Shown here piece after piece: positions 29,320-38,857 of a stretch of 64,000 bases of DNA. Where the stretch lies: the NCBI GenBank assembly GCA_011364985.1, contig RDOC01000001.1, positions 1-64,000 of the forward strand, written 5' to 3'. Each line of letters opens with the position of its first letter. Position 1 is the first letter of the stretch. The notes under the pieces are model-generated. The model searched no databases. It was given only the letters and a program-made list of their open reading frames with translations, and had not been told where the DNA came from. The stretch comes from Candidatus Thorarchaeota archaeon. Its GTDB lineage: Archaea; Asgardarchaeota; Thorarchaeia; Thorarchaeales; Thorarchaeaceae. The translations under genes were made by a program, and so were the position numbers.

Positions 29320-30867
29320 TCAAAGGGGAATGTTTCCATGCTTCTTTGGTGGGCGACTCTGTCTCTTACTTGATAGCACATCCAATCCTTTGCATACAAG
29401 TGGTCGAGTTTCGTGTGGAAAGATGACCTTGTCGATGTACCCCAATCCTGCAGCAACATATGGATTAGCAAATTTTCGTCGGTACTCCTTAACTAGCTCA
29501 GCACGCTTCTTCTCCTTATCCTTCGCCTTCTCAATCTCCTTCCGAAATATAATGTTGATAGCGCCATCTGGCCCCATGACCGCAATTTCTGCAGTGGGCC
29601 ACGCATAGACAAAATCTGCACCAATATGTTTTGAGGCCATTACATCAAATGCCCCACCATATCCCTTTCTAGTCACAACTGTGATCATAGGAACTGTTGC
29701 CTCTGCATAGGCATATAGAATCTTTGCGCCGTGTCGTATAATGCCGCCCCACTCCTGTGCCGTTCCAGGAAGATAGCCGGGGACATCCATGAACGTAATG
29801 ATTGGAATGTTGAAGGCGTCACAGGTTCGTACGAATCTTGAGCATTTGTCAGAAGCGTTTATGTCAATTGTTCCGGCCAGGTGGGCAGGATTGTTTCCCA
29901 CAATACCAACAGACCGACCATCAAAACGAGCAAATCCGACAATCATGTTCTTTGCCCAATGCTCTTGGACTTCGAAGAACACACCATTGTCCACCAATTT
30001 GGTAACTACATCTCTCATGTCATATGGCTTGTTCGGATCCTCAGGTACTAAGTCATCAATGCTCTTGTCAACACTATCAGCAGCGTGGCCTGTGTCCACA
30101 CGAGGCGGGTCTTCAAGGTTGTTGCTTGGAAGATAGCTTAGCAGGGCCTTTATCTGCTCAAAGCAGTCGTCCTCATCCTCGCTGGCAAAGTGTGCGACCC
30201 CACTTACTGAATTGTGTGTCATGGCGCCTCCGAGCTCTTCAAAGGTGACCTCCTCTCCGGTCACGGTCTTGATAACATCAGGACCTGTAATGAACATATG
30301 AGCTATGCCTTTGACCATTAGTGTGAAATCGGTGACCGCTGGGCTATAGACAGCGCCTCCTGCGCACGGCCCCATGATTGCCGAGATTTGCGGAATGACT
30401 CCGCTAGCTAGGGTATTAAGGCGAAACACGTCGCAGTAGACTTTGAGAGCCTTTATTCCCTCTTGGACGCGAGCGCCAGCCCCCGAGTTTAATCCTATGA
30501 TAGGAGCACCTGTTGCCATTGCGTGCTCCATGACTTTTACCATCTTTCCTCCATACATCTCAGCCAGAGATCCTCCGAAAACCGTGAAGTCCTGACTGAA
30601 GATGAAAACCTTTCGTCCGTTAATGGTTCCATACCCTGTTACAACTCCATCTCCCAGTATTTTCTTCTCATCCATTCCGAAATCAGGTTCTCGATGAACC
30701 ACAAACTCATCAAATTCAACAAAGGAGCCTTGGTCTAGGAGTCGATCGATGCGTTCTCTTGCGGTTAGTCTTCCCGCCTGATGTTCTTTCTCTATGCGTT
30801 CTATTCCGCCTCCAAGCCTAGATTGTTCGCGCATCTTCTCAAGCTCTTTGAATTTCTCCTTCGACAA
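29320..30867 (-). CDS. Acyl-CoA carboxyltransferase subunit (PccB/MmdA/transcarboxylase 12S-like)
   Basis: GRLTARERI, GDGVVTG, DFTVFGGS, GARVQEG, GPCAGGAVYSP, DVPGYLPG, KKHGNIPL. Confidence 0.95.
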   Translation of the reverse strand: MSKEKFKELEKMREQSRLGGGIERIEKEHQAGRLTARERIDRLLDQGSFVEFDEFVVHREPDFGMDEKKILGDGVVTGYGTINGRKVFIFSQDFTVFGGSLAEMYGGKMVKVMEHAMATGAPIIGLNSGAGARVQEGIKALKVYCDVFRLNTLASGVIPQISAIMGPCAGGAVYSPAVTDFTLMVKGIAHMFITGPDVIKTVTGEEVTFEELGGAMTHNSVSGVAHFASEDEDDCFEQIKALLSYLPSNNLEDPPRVDTGHAADSVDKSIDDLVPEDPNKPYDMRDVVTKLVDNGVFFEVQEHWAKNMIVGFARFDGRSVGIVGNNPAHLAGTIDINASDKCSRFVRTCDAFNIPIITFMDVPGYLPGTAQEWGGIIRHGAKILYAYAEATVPMITVVTRKGYGGAFDVMASKHIGADFVYAWPTAEIAVMGPDGAINIIFRKEIEKAKDKEKKRAELVKEYRRKFANPYVAAGLGYIDKVIFPHETRPLVCKGLDVLSSKRQSRPPKKHGNIPL

Positions 30868-30943
30868 TGTTACAACACCTCATTCTCTTGGATTAGCAGA
30901 TTCAAACTGTTCTAGTTTTCAATGTTCTGTTTCTTGTTGGTTC

Positions 30944-31213
30944 TTATGGATTTGATTTCTTGAAAGCATTCTGAATAGTCGAGGACCTCCCTACAATACT
31001 ATATTCCAACCATGGGATTGACACTATTTCACCAGTACTATATCCATCGGCATGAAAGTGAAGGATGGTCTTCTCATTTTCATTGGAAATAGAAATCCGT
31101 TTGATAGCATATGGCATTCGATTGAGCTCAATGAGCCAGAGAACTTCCCTACTGGTAAATCCAAACATCGAAAGGCGTGCCTCTCTTCTTGTTGGTTGCT
31201 TCGCATTGGACAA
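30944..31213 (-). CDS. Hypothetical protein, 89 aa
   Basis: GGAG RBS before a TTG start; fills the gap upstream of the carboxyltransferase on the same strand. Confidence 0.45.
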   Translation of the reverse strand: MSNAKQPTRREARLSMFGFTSREVLWLIELNRMPYAIKRISISNENEKTILHFHADGYSTGEIVSIPWLEYSIVGRSSTIQNAFKKSNP

Positions 31214-31325
31214 CTCCTACTCCATTTGTTAGTGAATCTGTTACTCTTCTTCAATTGAATCATTCTTACCCCTCATTCTAGCCTATCAAGAATCTCATTT
31301 CAACGATGAGAAGCGATACCAACCC

Positions 31326-31815
31326 GTGACTGAAATTCAAGAAGCTGAAGAGTAGATGCACGAGAAATCATTCAATGTGAAAAATAGATCTGGGAAGTGC
31401 TAAGAGGTATCCTGCCCAATTCCATTGCAGATGACAATCTAAACAATCTGCAATTCGAAAACGCAGCAGACAATATCAAGAAAAGCTTACAAGTGCTAAC
31501 AGCATTGCGATGCTTCGAAGCACAGAGAACCAGATTCGAGTCATCGCCTTGGGAAGAATCGACAAAAGTGTGAGTTGGTTGGGATTCATTGGGGTTTCTC
31601 CAGTCTACAGAGGGCGAAGATTTGGACGCAGGATTCTGCGCGCCTATGTTGAGAAATTCAGTCAGAAAGGTACACACAAAGTCAGTCTTTATTCATCTTC
31701 GAGTTTGGTGTCCGCAATTCAGCTCTATGAGCAAGCAGAATTCATCCAAGAGGGCTACTTGAAGCGGCACTCGTATGGAATGGATCTTGTCCTTTGCAGC
31801 AAATTCATCGAGTAG
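31326..31815 (+). pseudogene. GNAT acetyltransferase, frameshifted
   Basis: The C-terminal half has GVSPVYRGRRFG and AIQLYEQAEF. The N-terminal half (VTEIQEAEE / DAREIIQCEK*IWEVLRGILP...) is split across frames with a stop. Confidence 0.7.
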
Positions 31816-31840
31816 AGGGAGTACTTGGTCTTGAATCCCG

Positions 31841-32116
31841 TCAATCTATCTGAATGTTATTCAGACAGAGCGGCAGCTTTGCTTGGTCTTTCAACCAAGT
31901 AGGATGAACGCCGGTACTACTAAGCAACATCTCACATGGGAATTCATCACACTCTGTGCAAAACAGAAGATTCTTTTCTGTTCTGCAGCAGTTGCGGATG
32001 CTACACTCAGATCTACTCTCGGTTCCACACCCTTTGCATTCATGGTTCATAAGGTATCTACAAGAACCGCAATACAGCAGGCATGGAGTTGCCAATTCGT
32101 CACCTGACATGGCCAA
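31841..32116 (-). CDS. DUF3795-like Cys-rich small protein
   Basis: PCLLYCGSC...CKGC...CSIRNCC...FCTECDEFPC. Confidence 0.85.
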   Translation of the reverse strand: MAMSGDELATPCLLYCGSCRYLMNHECKGCGTESRSECSIRNCCRTEKNLLFCTECDEFPCEMLLSSTGVHPTWLKDQAKLPLCLNNIQID

Positions 32117-32152
32117 AACAATCTCCTTTTAGTTCTTGACTCAGATGTGTAT

Positions 32153-32449
32153 CTACAATATCCTGAAGTAGACTCTTCGCTCTGTGCGCCATCGATTCAG
32201 GTCAATCTTAAGCTGCTCGATCTTTTGCCTATCGGCGTAATAGAGCGGCTGTCTCATGTCCGCTAAATTGTCTTGCCTCTTACACAGGTCATGTTTCCGA
32301 AGCTCCTTCAGAGCATGAGATATTGTCCGTAATGGGATGTTGGATTTCTCATGTAATCCGCTTGGAGTGAGGGGACCTTCACAGACCAGCTTTTCCAATA
32401 TTATCATGGCACTGCGAGGAAGAGTTCCAATCTTCATTAGAACCACCAT
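32153..32449 (-). CDS. Small winged-helix regulator (MarR/ArsR-like)
   Basis: LPRSAMIILEKL..EGPLT...PLRTISHALKEL...DMRQPLY. Confidence 0.85.
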   Translation of the reverse strand: MVVLMKIGTLPRSAMIILEKLVCEGPLTPSGLHEKSNIPLRTISHALKELRKHDLCKRQDNLADMRQPLYYADRQKIEQLKIDLNRWRTERRVYFRIL

Positions 32450-32450
32450 T

Positions 32451-32516
32451 TTACACCTAACCAGTGTAACAATCTGCTAATAAATCATTCTGTTTTGTTA
32501 CACTATTTCAGTGTAA
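32451..32516. promoter_or_regulatory. Two TTACAC-N7-GTGTAA operators between divergent regulators
   Basis: 32451-32469 TTACACctaaccaGTGTAA and 32498-32516 TTACACtatttcaGTGTAA. Confidence 0.8.
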
Positions 32517-32550
32517 ATATGTTTTTAAGGGGGCCTGAGGAAATAGAGAT

Positions 32551-33381
32551 ATGTCCGAAAGCAGAGAATGTCTAATCGAAACCCTCACCAACGAAATGAG
32601 TTTGTCACCGTATGAAGCCAGAGCCTATGTGGCGGTCCTCTTCGATGGCCCATTATCTCCAAAGGGCGTGAATCAGAAAGCAGGTATACCTCGACCCAGA
32701 ACCTATGACGTGTTGACAAGTCTTGTTGGTAAAGGGCTTCTTATGGAGCAGCCAGGCAAGCCTTCCAGATACCTAGCAGTTGACCCTCAGGCTGGATTGA
32801 AGAAGCTCATGGAGGAAGAAGAAAAGAAAGTCCTTCGCCAGGTACAGCAAAAGTGGGGAGCAATTGAAGCTCTCATACCATCATTATCGGAGGCTTACTC
32901 TATCTCACTCGATGCTGAGGCAAAGGAGGACTCGGTCTGGGTAGCAAGAAAGGATAGAGCGATGGTTGCAAAGTACACAGAAGCAATACGAAATGTAGAA
33001 ACAGAGTTCACACTGGCAACTGCTCTTCGAACACCTCCGACCAAGGATGTACTTGATGCCGTGAAGTATGCTCTGAAGCATGAGAAGACTTCCAGGGTAG
33101 TGCGACCCATAGAAGAGTCCTGGCCAAGGGAACATATCAAGGAATACTTGGACTTGATTCACACAGGTGATCAGATAAGGCGTCTTGATTACGATGGACT
33201 CTCATTCGCAGTATTTGACAGGCAAGAAGTTATCTTATGGATACCGCCTCACCCTTCGAAGTTGACAGTATGGATAAGGCTGCCCCAACTCGCCGACATT
33301 CTAATGGAGCGCTTTGAGAACCTATGGAAGATGGCCTCCCCTGCAGAGCCATATCTTGAGGAGCTGCTCAAGAGACCCTAG
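32551..33381 (+). CDS. TrmB-family transcriptional regulator
   Basis: LSPYEARAYVAVL...GIPRPRTYDVLTSLVGKGL...PSRYLAVDP, plus a C-terminal PLD-like effector domain ending FENLW. Confidence 0.92.
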   Translation: MSESRECLIETLTNEMSLSPYEARAYVAVLFDGPLSPKGVNQKAGIPRPRTYDVLTSLVGKGLLMEQPGKPSRYLAVDPQAGLKKLMEEEEKKVLRQVQQKWGAIEALIPSLSEAYSISLDAEAKEDSVWVARKDRAMVAKYTEAIRNVETEFTLATALRTPPTKDVLDAVKYALKHEKTSRVVRPIEESWPREHIKEYLDLIHTGDQIRRLDYDGLSFAVFDRQEVILWIPPHPSKLTVWIRLPQLADILMERFENLWKMASPAEPYLEELLKRP

Positions 33382-33466
33382 AGATCCAAGAAGCATAGGT
33401 CTGTTCTGATGGATATGTGAACACAGCAACAGAGATGCTGTCGTTTCAGTCATTGGTGTTGTTGAT

Positions 33467-34255
33467 TTAGCTTCGATGAGCATCATTAAGAATTCGAATA
33501 GCCCGCAAAGCTGCTCTTGCCTGCACGCGACATGTTTCCGAATATACTTCATCCATGTAGGAAGCACTCCATCCTTTTGTCAGATCAATGTAAGGCTGAA
33601 AAAGCACCCCAATTGGTGTTTTGGTGACTCTCGCCAAGGAATAGAGTGCTGCTGCTTCGCCATTCTCCATTGATAAGCAGCCGCGATTTCTATAGTCCAT
33701 TGCTAGTTCTGGTGTAATGCGATAAAGTGCTTCACAGCTGCCCACAGCCCCTTGTTTCCAAGCAGCATTTGTTTCGTCTAGCGCCTGCGCCAAGGCTTCG
33801 AAAGCGCTGGATTCACAACCAATTTCCTCGTCACAATTCCCGTAGTGAATAGATGTGCCATCAATGCCGATGGCATTTGTCGGCAGATGTATCTCCCCTT
33901 TGTCCAAGTATTCAGGTCCTAGGCTCCATGATGCACAAAGGAGAAACAATGCTCGTGTTCCAAAATGAATCAACTCATGACACAAAGCAGCCAAAGGGGA
34001 TGCACCCATTGGTGGAATGACCAATGCCACTTTAATATCATCAAGATTTCCAATCAGCGAAACCAAGGGAGTGGAGTAGGGCGAGAAACGCCAACCTTCC
34101 CATTGCCACTCCTGCATTCCACATTGGCTACGAATCTCATCAAGGACTGCCTTGTTAAAGGTCAGGATTGTTACCTCTGGTACCCCGAGCTGAGACGCGG
34201 GAACCCCACGCAACTCAGCTTCTTTTCGAATTTGTTCAGGACGGATTAAGAACAT
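33467..34255 (-). CDS. Nucleoside phosphorylase family protein (PNP/UDP-like)
   Basis: MGASPLAALCHELIHFG, GIDGTSIHY, LYRIT, CLSMENGEAAAL. Confidence 0.75.
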   Translation of the reverse strand: MFLIRPEQIRKEAELRGVPASQLGVPEVTILTFNKAVLDEIRSQCGMQEWQWEGWRFSPYSTPLVSLIGNLDDIKVALVIPPMGASPLAALCHELIHFGTRALFLLCASWSLGPEYLDKGEIHLPTNAIGIDGTSIHYGNCDEEIGCESSAFEALAQALDETNAAWKQGAVGSCEALYRITPELAMDYRNRGCLSMENGEAAALYSLARVTKTPIGVLFQPYIDLTKGWSASYMDEVYSETCRVQARAALRAIRILNDAHRS

Positions 34256-34271
34256 AAGATCACCTCATTTA

Positions 34272-35102
34272 CTACAGAGAATCTATGGAAGATGAAAACA
34301 CAAGAGCACGGGTGTTCGGATAGTACGCCATACCATGCTGTTTGATCTGAGACCCGAATCGACTCATTAGCTCATCAAAGGAAATCGCCGTGACATCATA
34401 TTCTTTGAAGATGATTGGCGCCTGTTCGCAGGCAAACTGCAATTCTTCACTAGCTTGTTCAAAAGTCATCTTCTTCCTCACTTCAAAGACAGCTTCATCG
34501 ATCAATCGAAATCCATGCTCTGCAAAAGCATCGATATAGAACTCCTTTGGCAGATAGACTGCATTAAGGCCGATATTCGCCCATACTTCTTCAGCAATCC
34601 TCTCCTCAGGGGAATCGCCATATTCCACAACTGATATCTGCACTAGACCGCTGCGCTTGACAACACGAGACACCTCAGAAATAGCTGCAAGAAGCCCAGA
34701 TCTTCCTCTCGTCATCAATACGTCTTCTAAGCCAAGGAAGTTCACCGTTAGGTCGAAATACTCATCATCAAACGGGAGTTCTGTAACATCACATTCAGTA
34801 TATTGAATATTGTCCCACGTATTCGAAGGGTAAAGATTCGAGGATCTTAGACCAATAAAGCAATCCAAATCGCTCTTCAATCCTGTACCATGAATGGTGC
34901 AGCTGGGACACAGTTTAGCGACTTCGGCACTTAAATACCCATGACCAGCAAGTAGGTCCAAGACGATTTGACTGCCCCCTGATAGTCTTTCCTTGAACAG
35001 CAAAGCAATCTTCGTCCGGACATCCTCAAATTTGTTGAAGACTCGCTGATACTCTTCATCACTAAAATACGAAAACATCACGTATCCTCCGATTCTCTTC
35101 AA
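34272..35102 (-). CDS. Class I SAM-dependent methyltransferase
   Basis: VLDLLAGHG, DVTELPFDDEYFD, EVSRVVKRSG. Confidence 0.85.
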   Translation of the reverse strand: MKRIGGYVMFSYFSDEEYQRVFNKFEDVRTKIALLFKERLSGGSQIVLDLLAGHGYLSAEVAKLCPSCTIHGTGLKSDLDCFIGLRSSNLYPSNTWDNIQYTECDVTELPFDDEYFDLTVNFLGLEDVLMTRGRSGLLAAISEVSRVVKRSGLVQISVVEYGDSPEERIAEEVWANIGLNAVYLPKEFYIDAFAEHGFRLIDEAVFEVRKKMTFEQASEELQFACEQAPIIFKEYDVTAISFDELMSRFGSQIKQHGMAYYPNTRALVFSSSIDSL

Positions 35103-35171
35103 TCAATTTATGAATTGCTAACTGACGACTAGAAAACCAATTATAGTCATAGCGCCTAGGCATGGACTTTT

Positions 35172-36848
35172 TCAAAAATCGACCTCCTTGATTTTTCTTT
35201 TCCTCACCATTACGAAGACAACAAATGCAAGTACTGATACGATCAGAGAGCCAGTTAATACTTGCCATACAATGAGAGTTAGAGTGCTTTGCTCAATCTG
35301 ATTGTGGATATTCATCAGTGACTGAATAGCGACTGTGTAATCCCAATTATAGAAGCTTTCAGTGCTCTGTATGAAATCCGCCAGAAGGGAATCGCTGACA
35401 GATTCGGACTCCATCAGAAGAGATCTGGTGAGATTGAAGTAAGACAGATAGCTCATTCTGGCACGTGCATCTCTGCAGTATGAGCAGAAGTCTGAACACA
35501 AGGCACTCATAGAACAAAGTGTTTTGGCGAATATTGTCCCTAGAGAAGCATGATGGGAAAGACTGAGCCAATGGCCTATCTCATGACGCAGTAGATTGGT
35601 GAGGTATATCGATCCGACTTCACCCATCTCGTTAACGACGCTTCTATGAACTCCCATGATAACAATGCCATGGCTGAATAAACATAGACCTGCACCCATG
35701 CCTGCAACCCCAGCAAACGTTGTGTTTTCAGGCATGATAAGCATAGCAACGTGTATTTTCGACTTGTCACCCAAGTTGGTTCCGGGAAAGTAGTCTTGCA
35801 GCTTCCCAGATAGATACTCATTGATTGGGTCGGTCTCTCTCCAATCCCATACAACATTAGAATCAGAGAGGATGCTCTCTTTTGTGCCATTCGGGCATTG
35901 CCATGTGTAATTCAATGGCCCATACGGACTTAATGTCCTACTTGAGAGTAGGCTTCTAACTTCAGCATCCAGTTCGTGGTATCTTATTGACAAATCCCAT
36001 GTGGTCCATGGCATCAGACTCAGAAAGGATTGTGTCAGACCTTCGAAGCAAGGACTACATTCTGATTCTGTGAGAACTAAAACATCAATATTGTAGTTCT
36101 CATACATTTGGCGATCAGCTTCGATCATTTCTGATTCCTCTGCACCAAGAAGGTCGCGAAACATCTCCGGAATAGATGACTTTAGGAGATCAATAGCAGT
36201 AGCGGTCAGGGCTGATTTCGTTATGCCATTATACACAATAGAAGATATGTCAAAGAATATCGCCCGACTTAGTCCACCAAACTTTGAGGTGCATTCCCAT
36301 ACCTTCGTGACTGAATCATCGAAGAAGTCAATCCTGCCCAATAGCAATTCTGGCTCTTGATCCACATAGAACCAAGAGTGGTTGTTTAGGAATGAAGGAA
36401 GACAGATGAACGATAGAAGATAACCTCTTGCTGGTATTACCGATAGGTCATTCATACGTTCATCTAGAAGCGTTGAATTGAGGTAGAGCAGCCCATCGAT
36501 TTCGTGTGAATTTGAGGACAATTCAAGCGCAACTTCATCAGGAAAATCAGTGAATGAGAAAGAATAGTCCAAGCTCCAGTTTATGGATGATTCGCTACAG
36601 AACTGAGTACAAGAATCAGGCAATTCTTCTGCAATCAGAAGTTCATCAACGAACGTTTCATTGATCCCTTGGAACAGTATCCTAATCTCAGCCGTCTGAT
36701 TCATGTCCAAGGCAGGCAAGTCCGTATTCTCAGACGTAGAACAGGATAAAGCACTGAATTGAGCAGGTCTCATATGACATGCGGGTTCGAGAAGAAGTAA
36801 CATGGTCAGAATCAAGAACACGAATGATGTCTGCAATCCACGATCCAT
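35172..36848 (-). CDS. Membrane-anchored extracellular zinc metalloprotease-like protein
   Basis: N-terminal signal; HEIGHWLSLSH followed by a CSMS Met-turn; C-terminal TM plus RKRK. Confidence 0.7.
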   Translation of the reverse strand: MDRGLQTSFVFLILTMLLLLEPACHMRPAQFSALSCSTSENTDLPALDMNQTAEIRILFQGINETFVDELLIAEELPDSCTQFCSESSINWSLDYSFSFTDFPDEVALELSSNSHEIDGLLYLNSTLLDERMNDLSVIPARGYLLSFICLPSFLNNHSWFYVDQEPELLLGRIDFFDDSVTKVWECTSKFGGLSRAIFFDISSIVYNGITKSALTATAIDLLKSSIPEMFRDLLGAEESEMIEADRQMYENYNIDVLVLTESECSPCFEGLTQSFLSLMPWTTWDLSIRYHELDAEVRSLLSSRTLSPYGPLNYTWQCPNGTKESILSDSNVVWDWRETDPINEYLSGKLQDYFPGTNLGDKSKIHVAMLIMPENTTFAGVAGMGAGLCLFSHGIVIMGVHRSVVNEMGEVGSIYLTNLLRHEIGHWLSLSHHASLGTIFAKTLCSMSALCSDFCSYCRDARARMSYLSYFNLTRSLLMESESVSDSLLADFIQSTESFYNWDYTVAIQSLMNIHNQIEQSTLTLIVWQVLTGSLIVSVLAFVVFVMVRKRKIKEVDF

Positions 36849-37005
36849 TTTCTTGTTCAACTCGTAGCTTAACACGACTTATCTGATAACCAAGCAGCAG
36901 AGTCAGCTTCTCTTGAGAGACCAACGGCTTTTCATCTTATTCGGAACCAGCTGGCTCGACGCTGGAGGAAACTGAACGTCTTAAAAGCAGTGACATCTCA
37001 GCATA

Positions 37006-37534
37006 TTACACAAGACAAGTGATGCCAATATGGGAGAGGAATATGAGCGTGTCGCAGAAATCATATATGGCTTTCACTCCGGGGATTATTAGAGCAGTGG
37101 GTAAGATACAGGTAGATAGTGCAATGACATCAATGCATATGACAGCTATCCCAAGCTTGGATACAAGAATCTGAAATCTTGTAAGAGGATATGATGCGAG
37201 AGTCTTTATGAAACCATTTTGGAGAGAGCCAGCAAAGCTGTAAGCTAGAATCGTAGGGAGAATAAATGCAACAACTATAACTGCCATGTTGAATGCTGTA
37301 AGAATACAATTCGTTGAAGCATTACGCAATATCTCCGAGTATGCCTCTATTGCCACAGGTCCATGCAATATAGGATCTTGAGAAATAACTAGGGGGATTC
37401 TGTTTAGACTCCCGAAGACCACAGTAGTGCCCATCATGAAAAACACCAAAAATGCTTTCCAGCCACGGAAAATGATAATACATTTCTCCTTCTGCTCTGA
37501 TAGTCCAATACCATCTCTTCAATCTATTACTCAT
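37006..37534 (-). pseudogene. ABC-2 permease, frameshifted and truncated
   Basis: ATG 37534 overlaps the ATPase end (MSNRLKRWYW...HFPWLESIF). The frame shifts in a T-run near 37440-37455 to ...GFIKTLASYPLTRFQILVSK (ABC-2 permease motif), then stops early. Confidence 0.7.
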
Positions 37535-38447
37535 TTGAAATGGCCTCCCGAAATGCATCTGTAAGAGAATCCGCGCGTTCAAAAGAGTATACCTTGATTC
37601 CATTTCGTCTAGCAATCTCTTGAATACCCTTTTCTGCACTTTCGATTTCTTCAGGAGCAATTCTCATTCTAATTGAATTTGCGCCTGTGATTTCTGCTGA
37701 TTCATACCGTTTCGTTGAACGAAGGGATGCGAAGAGCTGTTGTGCATCTGATGTGATGACTTTGTAGACACCTAGGGTTAGCTTGTCAACTGTTTCTGGA
37801 AGTGGTCCTCCGCTGACCAAACGTCCCTTGTTGATAATAGCAATATCATGACATAAGGTTTCAAGCTCGGACAGTATATGGGAAGTGACAAAGAAAGAAA
37901 CGCCGGAGTCATTATGAAGCTCTACGATAAGTTTGATAACCTCCTCTCGTCCTACAACATCTAGATTAGCAGTCGGCTCGTCTAGGAATACAAGGTCAGG
38001 ACATCCTATCAAAGCTTGAGCGATTCCCAAACGCTGAAGCATTCCTGCTGATAGTTTTCCAATCAGTCGATCTTCCGCATCGTAAAGACCAACCTCTTTC
38101 AATATGTGTGAGATATTTTCAGTGCTCTGATAAAATCCGCGGATATAGTTTAGATACCTGTGTGGTGTAAGTGTGCTTGGATAAGACGGCTTCTCATGAA
38201 GAACTCCGATTCTCTCTTTGACATCAAGAAGATTCTTTGAGATATCGAAGCCAAGAACATGAGCTGTGCCTTCATCAGGTTTGATTAGACCAAGAAGAAT
38301 CCGCAGCAGAGTCGTTTTCCCAGCACCATTAGGTCCGATTAGTCCGAATATTCCTCGTTTGACAGAGAAGCTTACATCAATCAGTGCTTCAACATCCTCA
38401 AAGGATTTTGATATGTTGGAAATTGAGATAATACTATCAGTGCACAT
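37527..38447 (-). CDS. ABC-2 type transporter ATP-binding protein
   Basis: GPNGAGKTT, LSAGMLQRL, FLDEPTANLD, TSHIL. Confidence 0.93.
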   Translation of the reverse strand: MCTDSIISISNISKSFEDVEALIDVSFSVKRGIFGLIGPNGAGKTTLLRILLGLIKPDEGTAHVLGFDISKNLLDVKERIGVLHEKPSYPSTLTPHRYLNYIRGFYQSTENISHILKEVGLYDAEDRLIGKLSAGMLQRLGIAQALIGCPDLVFLDEPTANLDVVGREEVIKLIVELHNDSGVSFFVTSHILSELETLCHDIAIINKGRLVSGGPLPETVDKLTLGVYKVITSDAQQLFASLRSTKRYESAEITGANSIRMRIAPEEIESAEKGIQEIARRNGIKVYSFERADSLTDAFREAISNE

Positions 38448-38857
38448 TAATACAGACCCTCTACGAATTGATTTCGAATATCTTGCAACTAAGTGATTTG
38501 TCAACTGCATTGGCTTATTTAGATATTCTCAAAAAAAGGAGAAGGAATTTCCTCTTCCAGAAATATCCGAGATGTCATCAATAGCTTTCTCAGGAAACTG
38601 AATCCACTTCAAGACGAGCTGGATAATCAATGCTAGTATGTGTAGAATCTTGACAGATCATACCTCCAGTTCCTGCTTGGCAAACGAGCACAACCCCAAA
38701 TTATTTCACATTACTATAAGAGGTTCCAAAGTAATGTTCAAGGGTGCCGGAGAAGCTCTTGTGTGCTGTTGGTGATTTTGAATACAGGGAACCATTGACA
38801 TCACCATGCTTCAAAGGGTTCTTAAGAAAGCAATTGAGACCACGCCAAGAGTCGAGT

